A stretch of DNA of 61,793 nt, filler included. It is 14 parts of 14 records of this genome, joined end to end, with 100 filler letters (N's around TTAATTAATTAA, not from the genome) between each part and the next. Parts side by side here need not be neighbours in the genome. Positions count along the whole stretch, not along the records: positions 7,459 to 12,084 come from SRR7504441_12835; positions 12,185 to 17,401 come from SRR7504441_12843; positions 17,502 to 21,659 come from SRR7504441_12849; positions 21,760 to 24,987 come from SRR7504441_12862; 10 more parts are not named here. One strand, written 5' to 3'. This document shows positions 10,995 through 22,516 of the stretch, piece by piece. The notes under the pieces are model-generated. The model did no database searches. It was given only the letters and a program-made list of their open reading frames with translations, and was not told the DNA's origin. The stretch's first letter is position 1. The number at the start of each line of letters is the position of its first letter. The translations under genes were made by a program, and so were the position numbers.

Positions 10995-11468
10995 CTACGC
11001 GTGGATAATCATGTCCTGCTCGGAGAGATGGACGAACCTTACCACGTAATGCTCCTGCCCCCGGGGCTCGCCGGCCAATAACGGACATCCAACGGACCAC
11101 GTGGTAGTGCAGCTTCAACAGGTCAGCAAGCTTCTCGGTGTACACGTGATTGACTGCCTGGGCGGACGAGGTAGGAGTCAGCTCCCCGATGTGCTCCACG
11201 ATGCAGTGGGCGCAGTTGGTCGAGGCCCCGCCCACCAGGATGTCCTCGGTCTCCACAGTGTGCACCTGCCCCGGCTGGCCCCGCCCCGCCCGGCGCCGCA
11301 CCGCCACAGTCGATTCGGGCTTGCCCAGCACGTCGGCGGACATCGCCGAGAGTTCCCGGAGGAAGAGGTTCTGCCGGGGCTGGCCGGGCCGGCCGGCGGG
11401 TGAGGCGCCTTGGCGGAGGGGTGCATCATCGCGCCGTCGGAGCGGAACCAGATCTTGATCGAGGCCAT
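10995..11468 (-). CDS. MIF/tautomerase-superfamily protein, 118 aa (exons 11468-11409, 11370-11302, 11265-11098, 11054-10995)
   Basis: Spliced product MASIKIWFRSD...FLRELSAMSADVLGKPESTVAVHT...VGGASTNCAHCIVEHIGEL...LADLLKL...HYVVRFVHL matches MIF length and motif spacing (LGKP, GG..CA, IG). Needs one GC-AG intron. Confidence 0.75.
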
Positions 11469-11529
11469 TGGGCGGTGTCGATTCGGTTGTTTGATGATCA
11501 ACAACGGAAATTCTGTTCTCAGGTGCCCC

Positions 11530-12084
11530 ATGTGGCGGTGGGTTGTGCTTGGGCTCTGGCTGGCCAGCGGGGGCGAGGCCGGGTTGCTGACCCAGGATCG
11601 GTGCACCCAGCAGCTCCGCGATTTCTACATCCGGATCGCCACCGGCAGCGACTGCAAAGGCCCCGGCTGCTCTGAGCAATGCCAGGCGCTCGTCACTCAC
11701 GCGCTCAACAGCTGTGCCGGCTTCAAGGCACCGTCCATGCGAGGACTGGACTGACCGGTGGGGTCAGATCCCGAACACGCTGGTCGATTTCATACCGGAG
11801 GGTGTGGAGCAGATGCGGCACGCAGTTGATCTGGACGAGCCGTCATCGGCCGCTTGCGACTGGACCTGCAAACGGTGTGCGGAGGTGACCGGCACTCGCA
11901 GGGCCGAGACCGGCAAGGAGGCGCACTGGTCGACTGGCGACCCGGAGGACGCATGGGCCAAGGCGGCCGGGCTGCCGCCCCCAGCCAAGCGGCCGGCAGC
12001 GGAGGAGGAGGCGGCTAGGGCCAAGGCTAGGGCTGCGGACGAGGCTGAAGCGGTCAGAGTGAAGGCTGCTGAGGAGGAGGCAGC
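11530..12084 (+). CDS. Secreted Cys-rich protein with Ala/Glu-rich tail, 3'-partial (GC-AG intron 11728-11767)
   Basis: Signal peptide MWRWVVLGLWLASGGEAG. AAG|GC...CTGAC...CAG joins two ORFs in frame. AAEEEA repeats at the contig end. Confidence 0.6.
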
Positions 12085-12184
12085 NNNNNNNNNNNNNNNN
12101 NNNNNNNNNNNNNNNNNNNNNNNNNNNNTTAATTAATTAANNNNNNNNNNNNNNNNNNNNNNNNNNNNNNNNNNNNNNNNNNNN

Positions 12185-12345
12185 GCCACCTCCGGGTGAC
12201 CCTCCTGGCTCGCCGCGAGCAGTGGCGTATGCCCATTCTCGTTTGCCTGGTTCACCTCCGCCTTTGCCTCAAGCAGTGCCACCACCGTGCCGAGCTCCCC
12301 GCCGAGGGACGCCCAGAGCAGGCTCATCTTCTCCCCGGCCGGCAT
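12185..12345 (-). CDS. Ankyrin-repeat protein, 3'-partial
   Basis: VVALLEAKAEVNQANENGHTPLLAASQEGHPEV ankyrin consensus. Confidence 0.85.
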
Positions 12346-12474
12346 CTTCTTCCGTCGCTCGCCCCAAGTGGCCCAACGGCGAGTTCGTTCATTTCGTTGA
12401 GAGTTGCCAAGTGCTTACCTCAGCAGGGGGGAGGGCGAGGCTGACTGCCGCCGGTCTGGCGTGGCACGGTAGCA

Positions 12475-15400
12475 ATGCCGATGTCACACAAGGACGGGGC
12501 GCTTCACGACCGAGATGGTCAGTTCTTGGGCCTCTCGATCGGCGACAGCCGGGCCAAACGTGCCGCCAAAGCGGCCGATGGAAGTCCCAGCCGGCGCCGT
12601 GGGTCTAGCCCGAGCCGGCCGAGAGGAGGGGAGGAGTCGGAAGTGGTGGAGCTGACGAAGAAGGACTGGCAGGACATCTTTGACCGGTACCGCAAGGAGA
12701 TAGACTTTGTGCAGGTGCTGCTGCCCGCTGCCCGCCCACTCAGTCGGCGCAGATGGGCCTGGCCAAAGGCCGGCACGAGGACGCCATACAGGACCTGAAC
12801 GAACTGCTGACGGTGATGGTGCACGACATGCAGAACACCCCGTCCACCTGCGAGATGCCGGCCCGAACGGTGGTGATTGCTTTCTTCAAGCTCCACCCTG
12901 ACATGATGCATCTGCATCGCGAGATCAGCGTGGAAGGTGATGCCAGACTCGGCTGGCCGGCCCGAGTGCCGGGCGGCAGGTTACGACGCGGGGACTGATT
13001 ACTGGTGGGCCCACCGCTGCTGTGGGTGGGGCGAGCTCGAGCCGGCAGGTGGGAAGCGTGCGACTCGGGCAAGTCGCTGTGCATTTTCAGTGCGGATAAT
13101 TCTTTCCGAAAGCTCTGCGGGAGGATTGCCACCAATGAGTAAGCGCTAGTATTGGGGCTCGTCATGACGTTTGAGTGCAGCTCGTTTGACTATTTCATTC
13201 TGTTTCTGATTGTTATTGGGACGATTTGTCTGGCGATCGACAGCCCCGTCACCTGTACCTCCAAGTGGTGCAGTTACTTGGACGTAATCGACCTGATCAT
13301 CAACATCATCTTCACTCTAGAAATGTGCATCAGGGTGGTTTATATGGGCCTCTACATGAGCAAAACAGCATACTTACAAGACACCTGGTTTATTTTAGAC
13401 TTTTTTGTTGTAACTACCAGCTGGCTCGCGCTGCTCGACGGTAAGCCCCCCCCCCCCTCCAGCGCCCAACGGACTGCGCTTGCAGGATTTCCGAGCTTCA
13501 AGCCTTTCCGAGCTTTCAGGGCTCTGAAGACTGTAAAGGCTGTCCGTCTGCTCTCATATTGCGCTGCCGTGCTCGATGCGCTGGTCGCTGCGCTTCCGTT
13601 GTTTTTTGACGTTATGATTGTGACGTTGTTCCTTCTTGCAATCTTCGGTGCCAGCTGCTCTGCCCCGGGGACTGAGCTCCGGGTAGGAATCATGGGCCTC
13701 CAGTTCTTTAATAAGAGTATCCACAGGAGGTACTACATCTCAATCAGCCGGCGGCGATCTTATCCTGAATGATGCGATGCAGGTGCCAGGTGCTGGATTC
13801 GGACCCAGCGGGCACCGACGGGATCTTGCAAGTCGGTGGTGGCCAAGAGATGTATTGTGGCCAGGATCTATACGGCGGCCGGTACACTCAGGGCAGCAAC
13901 GAGGCGTGCTGCACCGCGGTGATGAACGGCACTCAAACGTTCTGCGCGGCGTGCAAGATGTTCTCTGCCACCGGGCTGACCTGTCCGAGGGGGTCCTTCT
14001 GCAACGTAATCAACGACAAGGGAAGGCTCCCGGACGATGGTTGGATGACCTTCGACAATATCGGGCTGGCTATGCTCACTCTGTTTCAAATTATGACCCT
14101 TGAGGTCGGGCTCGGGCCGGCTGTGCATCTAACTGTGGGTGGGCACAGGGCTGGACAGGGCTGATGTATTCAGTCCAGATGGCTACTGGGAGCCCGTCAT
14201 CGTGGTATTTTATCACTGTTGTGCTGCTGTTCGCGTTCATTATCATTAATCTATGTGAGCCAAGCACATACCTGCGGTGTGAGAGGGCGGGCAGATATCG
14301 CTGTCGTTGTGCAGACGTTTGCCCTGATCAGAGCCGAAAGAGATGCCGAGGAAAGCGAAGAAGCGTTGTACAGGGACGAAAAGGAAGCCCAGGAGCGGGA
14401 AGCAATCCGCCTTGAGCAGGAGAATCGCATGCTCAGCATCAAGCAAGCAAATCCTCTCGCGAAATTCGAACCAGACAAGCCAGACTTCGGATCCCAAGAC
14501 CTGCCCGCAGATGAGCAGGTCACGTCGCCTATAATTAAAAATGGCCAGTGTGCTAGGCACTCTTTGAGAACGGACTTGTCATTTGCTGAACTTTGAATGG
14601 TGATGGGTGCAGATTTCAATCTTTCTGAGATCCCTTGAGCTGGATCAATACTATGAAACAGTGATGCACATGGTCGACACCATTGACGAGCTGTATTTGA
14701 TCACGGAGGACGAATTAGCTGCCGCAGGATGGAAGCTGGTCCACATCCGACGGTTCCGAGACGGTAAGCCTCCGCATGATCTGATAGCTGAGTAAGGGCT
14801 TGCAGCTGTCCTCGCCCCTCCCGCCTACCGCTCCAATGCTTCCTACCACGGGGTCCAAGACTGGAACCCGCTGAGTCCGAATGCAAAGACGCCCGGCGAA
14901 GAGATGTACGCATTCCTGCGGCACGCCAACCTTGAGCAATACCACAACACGTGCGTTGATCGCGATTTGGCCTAGAGCTTGATTGTTTGGTGCTTGTAGG
15001 CTCATTCAGTTGGCGGATACACTTGATGAGCTTCAAAGGCTTTCGATCGAGGACTTTGAGTTTGCGGGGCTGAAGCTTGTTCACGCCCGTGCGCTGCAAG
15101 AAGCACTCATCGACCGTGCCACTGCCAGGCCTCAAGAGAACGAAGAGTACCTCAACGCGCAACTCGTCGGAATGCTTGGTGGCGAAAGTGTCGGGATGTG
15201 GAGGTCGAAGATGATGCGAGGCTCCCCGTTTTGGCAGTCGTCATTTGGTCAGTTCTTGATGTCAATTTGGTGGAACGCAGACCCCATGGTAGATTGGGAA
15301 AACCCTCCTCCTCCTGCCCTTCGAGAGAAGTTCATTGAGCCGTGGCAATGGAGCGGCTGTGTGGGCTCAATCGTTGCATCCGACGTATTTGAGGGAATCA

Positions 15401-17401
15401 TTGCCTTTTCTATCGTCACAAATCTGATTTTTATGGCAATGGATTACGACAACGCCCCAACAGGCTACCGGAAAATGTTGAAAGCCATCAGTTTCGTCCA
15501 TTTCGATATCTTCTTCGCTGAGATGCTGCTAAAGATGAAAGGAATGGGAGGGTTGAAGTGGTGCTGCATTCGCTTGATCAACCGCACTGACCCGGACTGT
15601 TCAGGTATTTTTCATACCCTTTCAATTGCCTTGACTTCTTCTTGGTCGTGACTGCTATCCCGGATGCAATTGCCTTCGTCATGGGGAGGAAACCTTTCAT
15701 GAATCTTTCGATGCTCAGAGTCTTGCGCCTCTTGAGGATGTTCAAGCTGATCAGAAGCATGCGTCAGCTCCTGGAAGTTGTAGCATCTGCAAGCAAAGCA
15801 ATCACAAAGTGAGCCCCTCCCAGGCCTTTGAAGAATCTCACAACCATGCGGTGCAGCCTAATCATTTTCATTGCCTTCTTTGTCTTTGTTTTTGCTATTT
15901 TTGGGATGCAAATGTTCGCTGGCCATGTCAAGGACGCAGATGGAAATCTACCAAGAGTGAATTTCGACGACACAGGAAATGCAATGATTGCTTTATTCCA
16001 AACAATGACAGGGGAGGACTGGACCGTTATCTTGTGGAATGTCATGAGAGAAAATCCAGTGGGGGGCGCAATTTTCTTCATTGTCTTCTATGTCCTCGCT
16101 AATTTCATCTTGATGGAGATGTTTTATGCCGTGATCCTTGAGAACTTCATGCTTTCTAGAGAAGAAAAGGACGCACTGCAAAAGGAATTGTACAATGTTC
16201 TGCAGCGAAAAAAGCAGGCACAGAAAGCACTAGCTGACTCTGTGGACAAGGAGCTGGCTGCAAAACTAAAGGCTGAGCTCGAAGAGCAAGAGCGTAAAGA
16301 GGTGCGGGCACGCTTCATGAATGCAACTGACCCATGCGTGTGTGCACAGTCGAGGGAACGGCAAAGAAAAATCAGAGAAATGAACGAAACCGAGAGGCTT
16401 GCACATACAGATACCGAAGTCAGTGAAGAGCAAAAAGAAAAACTTCGCAAAAGTCGCGAAGATATGCTCAAAGCAAAGATTACTAAGGAGCTTTCAGAAA
16501 AGCAAGAAAACTTGGACGGGCTTGTGCCAGATCGGGGTTTGGAGTATGCGGAGAAAGAGGAGGGGAATAGCGACCGAATGGTTATCGATCAGCTTGATGA
16601 CGGCCCAAAGGAAAAGGTGAAGAAAAGCAAGTTGCCACCTTCGGCCATTGTGGAGAAGACCTGCGGCTGCCTTACACAGGATAATGCCCTCCGAGAATGG
16701 ATGTACAAATTCGAAAACACGTGGATTTTCACGTGGACGGTGTTCTTTGCTATACTGTTGGGCTGCGTCCTCTTGGCTCTTGACACTCCTTACAAGCCCG
16801 AGCCGTGGGTGAAACCCCTGATAGAGATCTGCAGTCCAATTATTTTGGCCATATATAATTTGGAGCTCGCTGTGAAAGTCATCTCCAAAGGATTCTCTGG
16901 TAAGCCTTCGGCATATATCAATGACCCCTGGAACCGTGTTGACTTCTTTGTACTTACGCTTTCGGACCTTGCAGCTTTCATGGCTATTGTTGGCCTTGAC
17001 GACATAATGCCATCGACATTCATTCTTTCGATCAGAACTTTGCGAGTCATTCGGCCTCTGCGACTAATCAACCAGAACGAGAGGATCCAAATTGTGTTCA
17101 ACGCTTTATTCATGTCCTTGCCGGCCATTGTCAATGTCCTGACCTTGTTTTTCTTTGTGGTGTTGATGTTTGCTACCCTTGGGCTCAGTTTATATATGGG
17201 GCTCTTCTACCACTGCAACATGGAGGTTGAAAACAAAGACCAGTGCTTGGGCACCACAAGCACAACTCTCGATGGGGATCTCGGATACGTTGTCCCGACC
17301 CACTGGAAGAACCCTCGCTATAACTTCGATAATGTCTTTCAAGGTATACTAGTCCTTTTCGAGGCTGCCACGTTAGAGGGATGGGTGGATGTGATGCAAT
17401 C
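12475..17401 (+). CDS. Four-domain-type voltage-gated Ca2+ channel alpha subunit (domains I-III seen), about 14 introns, tandem SAM domains in the I-II linker; 3'-partial
   Basis: S4 helices FKPFRAFRALKTVK, LRVLRLLRMFKLIR and IRTLRVIRPLRLI; pore loops TLEGW, TGEDW and TLEGW (E-E-E); pre-S1 KSLCIFSADNSFRK. Confidence 0.92.
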
Positions 17402-17776
17402 NNNNNNNNNNNNNNNNNNNNNNNNNNNNNNNNNNNNNNNNNNNNTTAATTAATTAANNNNNNNNNNNNNNNNNNNNNNNNNNNNNNNNNNNNNNNNNNN
17501 NCTCCTTTTTCATAAACGTTGTAATACCCTGCACGGCACTCACCAACAATTGGCCGCTACCACAAAGACATGGCGTTCATTTGCAGTGCACCGGACCATG
17601 ACGCCGTGGCAGGATGGCACACTCGGCTGTTCGCCTCTCTTACATGCATGTATTGCGATTCGCGATCGGATAATTCGGATTCGGTTGCTCGAATGCTCGT
17701 TCCGATCCTGACAATTAAGGCAGCGGTGGGATTGTTCAATGTTGACGATTGAGGGTTTCCTGCTGTTCAGCAAAAA

Positions 17777-20700
17777 TGTCTCGCCGCCTGGTGCTCTTGG
17801 TTGGCCTGCTGGCCGCCGCCGGGTGCGGGGCGCAGGACAGGCCGGCCGAGCTCCGGCGGTCCATGCTCAAAGCTATCTCGGAGTGCGCGGTGGCCAAGAG
17901 CTTGATCGACCAGTATGGGGCTGTGTTGGACCTAGCCAATGATGAGACTTATGTCTGCGCCCAGCCGCTGGTCGAGACTATATCCGAGCTGTGCAACGAG
18001 TGCGGGGCCGGCGACGAGGCTGTCCTCGAGTTTGCCGAGCAGAGCTTCAACCTCACCCAGTTCGATGCTGAGCTTATCTGCCCGCGGGGAGGCTGCATTC
18101 AAGCCTACATCTCAAGCATGACCGGGCTGCTCGGCCTATACCAGGACAACCCAACCTGTACCGGCTACCTGGCACTCTTCACCCCGGGCACCCGCCGGGC
18201 CGCGCGCCAGCTGATGGGCGGGTTTGTCCCGCCTATCGCGGAAGGGGCCTCCACCGAGGCGGCGCTGGTGACAGCCGAAGTGTCGTTGGCGAGCTCGTGT
18301 ACAGCGAACAGCGCCGGGCAGTACTGCGTCAACCTGTGGCACCAGTGGGGCCAGCTCAACGTTAGCGCGCTCGAGGGCGGCAACGGCACCAGCTGCAATC
18401 TGGATCCAGCAGTTGAGGAGCAGCTTCAAACGATCGGGTGCTGCTGGGGCGTCTGGGCGCTGCTGGTGCTTCTAAAGGCTCGGGCCCATACTGAGTCATA
18501 GAGGGACAGGCGAGTGCCGGGATCGGCCCTTTCCCGGACCAGATGTCTACGCAGAACGCGCTGCTGCAGCTGGAGGCTGAAGCAGTAAGCTGCAATCTCA
18601 ATCTGAGCGCTGTACCTTGTCCGATCAATCTGGACGCTGCAGCCATAGGACTCAAATGCAAGTTTAGTCCGGTGGTAGATGAAGTGCTCGGTGAGGCGGC
18701 CCAGGACGAGTACAGGGAGGCAGTAGCAGCCGTTGCCGGGGTGGACAAGGCTGCGGTTGTGATACTGGCGGCAGTCGGAGGTACATACCGACGGTTCAGC
18801 AGTCATCGCAGGACCACTTACATCAACATGGAGGCGCAGGTGCTGCCCGATTGGCTTGCAGGGCTGACGCGCTCTCGAGGTGATTCTAACTGGAAGCCAG
18901 GCACAGCAGGCAAGCTCAACTGCACAGAGTTTGACTATGGCAGCGCTCCAGGAATCGCTCGGCTCTTTCGGGGTGCTCAAGACCCACGAGGTTTCCATTA
19001 CATGGGCGACCACGCACTCCAACGACGAGGAAGCGGGCGACTCGAGCCCCTCGTCATCAGCAAGTGCCTCTGCCCTCTAGACCGTCTGGAATGCTACAGT
19101 TGGCTGAGCCCCGGGCAGGCATTGCGCATCAAGTCGGTTTCTATGTATCGGCAGCCGGCTATGTTCTGATGGTCTGCCTTGTGATGCACCTTTATGGAAG
19201 GTACCTCTGATCTGGCTGCTTAGTTAGCACCTTCCTAATTAGGGAATGGGCATAGCTTAACTATAGCTCAACAGGTACCTCCGATCTGGCCGCGACAAAA
19301 TCTTGCAGAAGAAGGTCCGATTCACAGATCAGCACAATCCAGAGGTCCAGCTTGAAGTGAATCCAGTGCACAATGGCGTCTCGTCCGTCGGCGTTCCAAC
19401 AAGCAATCCGCTCCAAGGAGTGCTTCCGCTCCAAGAACTGAGCAAGCCTGATGACAACGGATCCGAAACAATCGACCTGGACGAATGTCTGGAGGATCAG
19501 GATGCAAGCGAGGGCAAGTCCAAGGGCGTTTGCCTGGTGATATCTGGTCCCAACGGTACCCTACCTGCAAGCGTTGTGCGAGCTAGAGTGGTGTTGCAGG
19601 TGGCGGGAAAAGCCATTTCCTCAACGTGGTGCACAGAGGACTCGATGCATCTTGCGAGGCGGCCAAACTCGAATTTGTTGCATTGCGGCTCGGGGCCTCG
19701 TGGGACCTGGAGCCGAACTGGGAAGCTGAGCACCTAGACCCGATTTTGACAGCCCGAGGGATCAAGTATCTGTTTGGCGGATGCAGTCCGTTCAACAAGC
19801 CGGTGCTCTTGTGGCAGTGCTTTCCCTGTAAGTCACCCGCGGGGGCAGATCCCAGGGCTGTCCCGGGCCAATCAAATGTTTATCATGTGGCTGGAGATGC
19901 TCGAGGCAGTCAAGCAGCACCACATGGGCAAGAAGGTGATGCTGATCTTTGACGAGACCTTTGCCTGTGTCGACGTGGTTCGGATGCGCGCGTGTGTGAA
20001 GGCGCTGAAGAAGCTTGCGCTCGAGACTGAAATCAGCATTATGGTGGTCACTCACGATCCACTGGTGAGCTGGTGGTCCAAGCTAGGCAAACCTATGTGC
20101 CCGCAGGTGCTCAAAAGTCTGGATGGCGTCTTTCAATACATTTACATCAACGAGCGAGTGTGCCATTCCCAAGGACGCGAGTTCTCAAATTCGGACAACC
20201 CTTTCGACAATGAGACAGTTCCAGTGGTTGTCAACACATTGCCTAATATCATCGACATGGTCATTAAACCGCCTTGGGTTGGGACTCACCGATTGGCAGT
20301 TGAACGTGGACTTCAATAATGACGCCGTCATCCCATCGATGTTTGACCTCAAGACACACGTTTTTGTACTCATTATTGCTGAGCCCTGCAAATATCTATT
20401 GACTGTGGCACTCTACTCACAACTGAGCAACACCAGGGACACAAACTTGAGAGGAACTCTATTTATCATGCAGCTCTTCACCATTATTTTGATCCAGCCA
20501 GTTGTGAGTTCCAATTGTGCTAGCAGGCTAATGCAGCATCCGGGCAGGTACCGTACCTGTTCAAGAACTTCCAACGGTGGACTCTACCTTCGTAGTTAGG
20601 AATAATACTAAGAACAATTTGACATGTGCCAGGTGGAAATTCAAGCAGACCCTGACAGGCAAGCTGATGCATTTGACCAATTTGGTGCCGATTCTTGAAT

Positions 20701-21127
20701 TGATGCTGGTAAGCAATTTGAACGTCGCCTTATACTTGTGGTGGTTCTACGTCACCTATGCCTACAACTCGGAATTCCAGATCTTTACATATGTGAGTAG
20801 CTTGAGATGCATCCGGAACTGAGCGGCAGTTCGTAACAGGGGTTCCTGAATTTGTACATCTCTGGATTGCTGTGCTTCAATGCCGTGATTACAGGGCCAA
20901 TGACTGTCCTTATCATGTGTGTGGGCTACATTCCGTTCTTCCTATTCAATGGGCTGACGCCTCAAGTCAAGATGTCAGACTGGATGCCCTGGCTCTCAAT
21001 CAATGTAGCCGTACTCGATCAGAGGGAGGACTGCGTGATAACCGTATCGATTGTATTTACCCTTTTGGGCGTTCTATGTTATCTTCATGGGGTACGTTCC
21101 AAAAACAGCTGGCTACCATCCATGTAA
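17777..21127 (+). CDS. ABCG-type (NBD-TMD) half transporter with signal peptide, Cys-rich ectodomain and an extra TM helix; about 11 introns
   Basis: Walker A GPNGGGKS (across intron 19556-19599), Walker B MLIFDE, H-loop VVTHD, ABC2-like TMD (IPFFLFNGL...WMPWLS). The ectodomain joins in frame through intron 19201-19274. Confidence 0.7.
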
Positions 21128-21311
21128 GCTTAGTCTTCTTTTGTAATGGACTGATGCATGCCAACCGTCCATATCAATTGTTGTACATAACACGATGATC
21201 ATAACACCAGCTACTTGTAGCAAACAGGATTGTCTGCGCGACTGTCCACGACTGTTTGTCGCAAAAGTTTGAATTTGTCATTTGAAATGTCAAAAACACA
21301 ACAGCCACCCA

Positions 21312-21363
21312 ACTGAATCCCAACAGAATCCCAAATGAATCCCAACAGAAAACTAACAGAAAA
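21312..21363 (+). repeat. Short tandem repeat, 11-nt period (GAATCCCAA core x3 plus degenerate copies)
   Basis: ACTGAATCCCAACAGAATCCCAAATGAATCCCAACAGAAAACTAACAGAAAA. Confidence 0.7.
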
Positions 21364-21759
21364 TTAAATCATAATCCAAATCTCCTTGAGCAGGCTTTGT
21401 GCCCAAAGTCCTACACTGTGTACAATGTCATGATTGTAACATTTGTAAGCTAGTTGACTCTTGTCCAGTATGGACTGTCATCGCTGCGAACGCAACTCTC
21501 TGCAATGGCGGCGTGAACTTGATTAGGAGTTTAGGGTACAGCGACCGACTGAGTTCAGTGAGTTGTGGGTTTTAAATTTTAATAACTGAACCGCGGTGCT
21601 GGACTTCCGCCGAGACCGCGGGAGCGCCACTCGGCAGTTGGTGCCGCCGCGGCCCGCGANNNNNNNNNNNNNNNNNNNNNNNNNNNNNNNNNNNNNNNNN
21701 NNNTTAATTAATTAANNNNNNNNNNNNNNNNNNNNNNNNNNNNNNNNNNNNNNNNNNNN

Positions 21760-22180
21760 TGAGGCCGGCACACGACCGCGGCCGTTATTCTCCACGCCTC
21801 GAGGAACACTCGGGGCAGGTTGGCAGGTTGGCAGGCGGCTGGGCGGGATGGTGCAGTGCTACAGCTACCAAGTGTTTGACGAGGCCTCCGACGACGCGGT
21901 GGACGCCCGGGCCAGGCTGCTCGAGCGGCTGCTGCTCGAGTCGTACCTGGCCAACGGCGCCTTCGGGCCCGAAGCGCTCAAGAAGCAGGTCACAGCCTGG
22001 AACACCAGCATGGCGGCCGGGCAGCCGGACGACCCGGACTTTATACCAACCGACCGGCTGACCGGGGAGGATCCGGCCGGCTACCTGGCCAGGATCTGCG
22101 AAGCCTTCGCGGCTCGGCTGGCCCCGCGCAAATGGACCGAGTACGGGCATGTGGTCTCCGGCGTGCCCCGACTCAACTAA
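21760..22180 (+). CDS. Hypothetical protein, 3' end only
   Basis: ORF with strong GC3 codon bias ending at TAA 22178-22180; no family recognised. Confidence 0.55.
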
Positions 22181-22516
22181 GCGGCGCCTGCTGGGCTGGC
22201 GGCAGCACACCGGGGGTGGCGACTGCGGGCCAGGCCGATGCGGGTCTCGCGAATGACAAGGAAGCAGGCGGTGCTCCCTTCCTCACATAGATTTATTTTA
22301 AAATCGATTTAATGTTACACGATGCTTACACGCTACCTCGTCCGTGTACTCGTACACCATTTACTTCCTATAATTGCGTAAAAATACATTGCCTCGGTCC
22401 CTGCCCGTTACGAATCTGACAATCGAAATCGTAAGGCACGCTCCCAATGCCCCCATGCTTCATAATTATGTACTGGACTCGTACTCGTACTTTGCATCGT
22501 AACAAGAGGCCCAAGG

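Noticed and set aside
11190-11250. NCAHC as a heavy-metal-binding HMA or heme-binding CxxC motif
   Set aside because: The surrounding spliced sequence fits the MIF fold in length and motif spacing much better.
18840-18900. Non-canonical GAG acceptor at 18879
   Set aside because: An in-frame CAG at 18900 with a CTAAC upstream is an equally valid acceptor; undecidable without reads.
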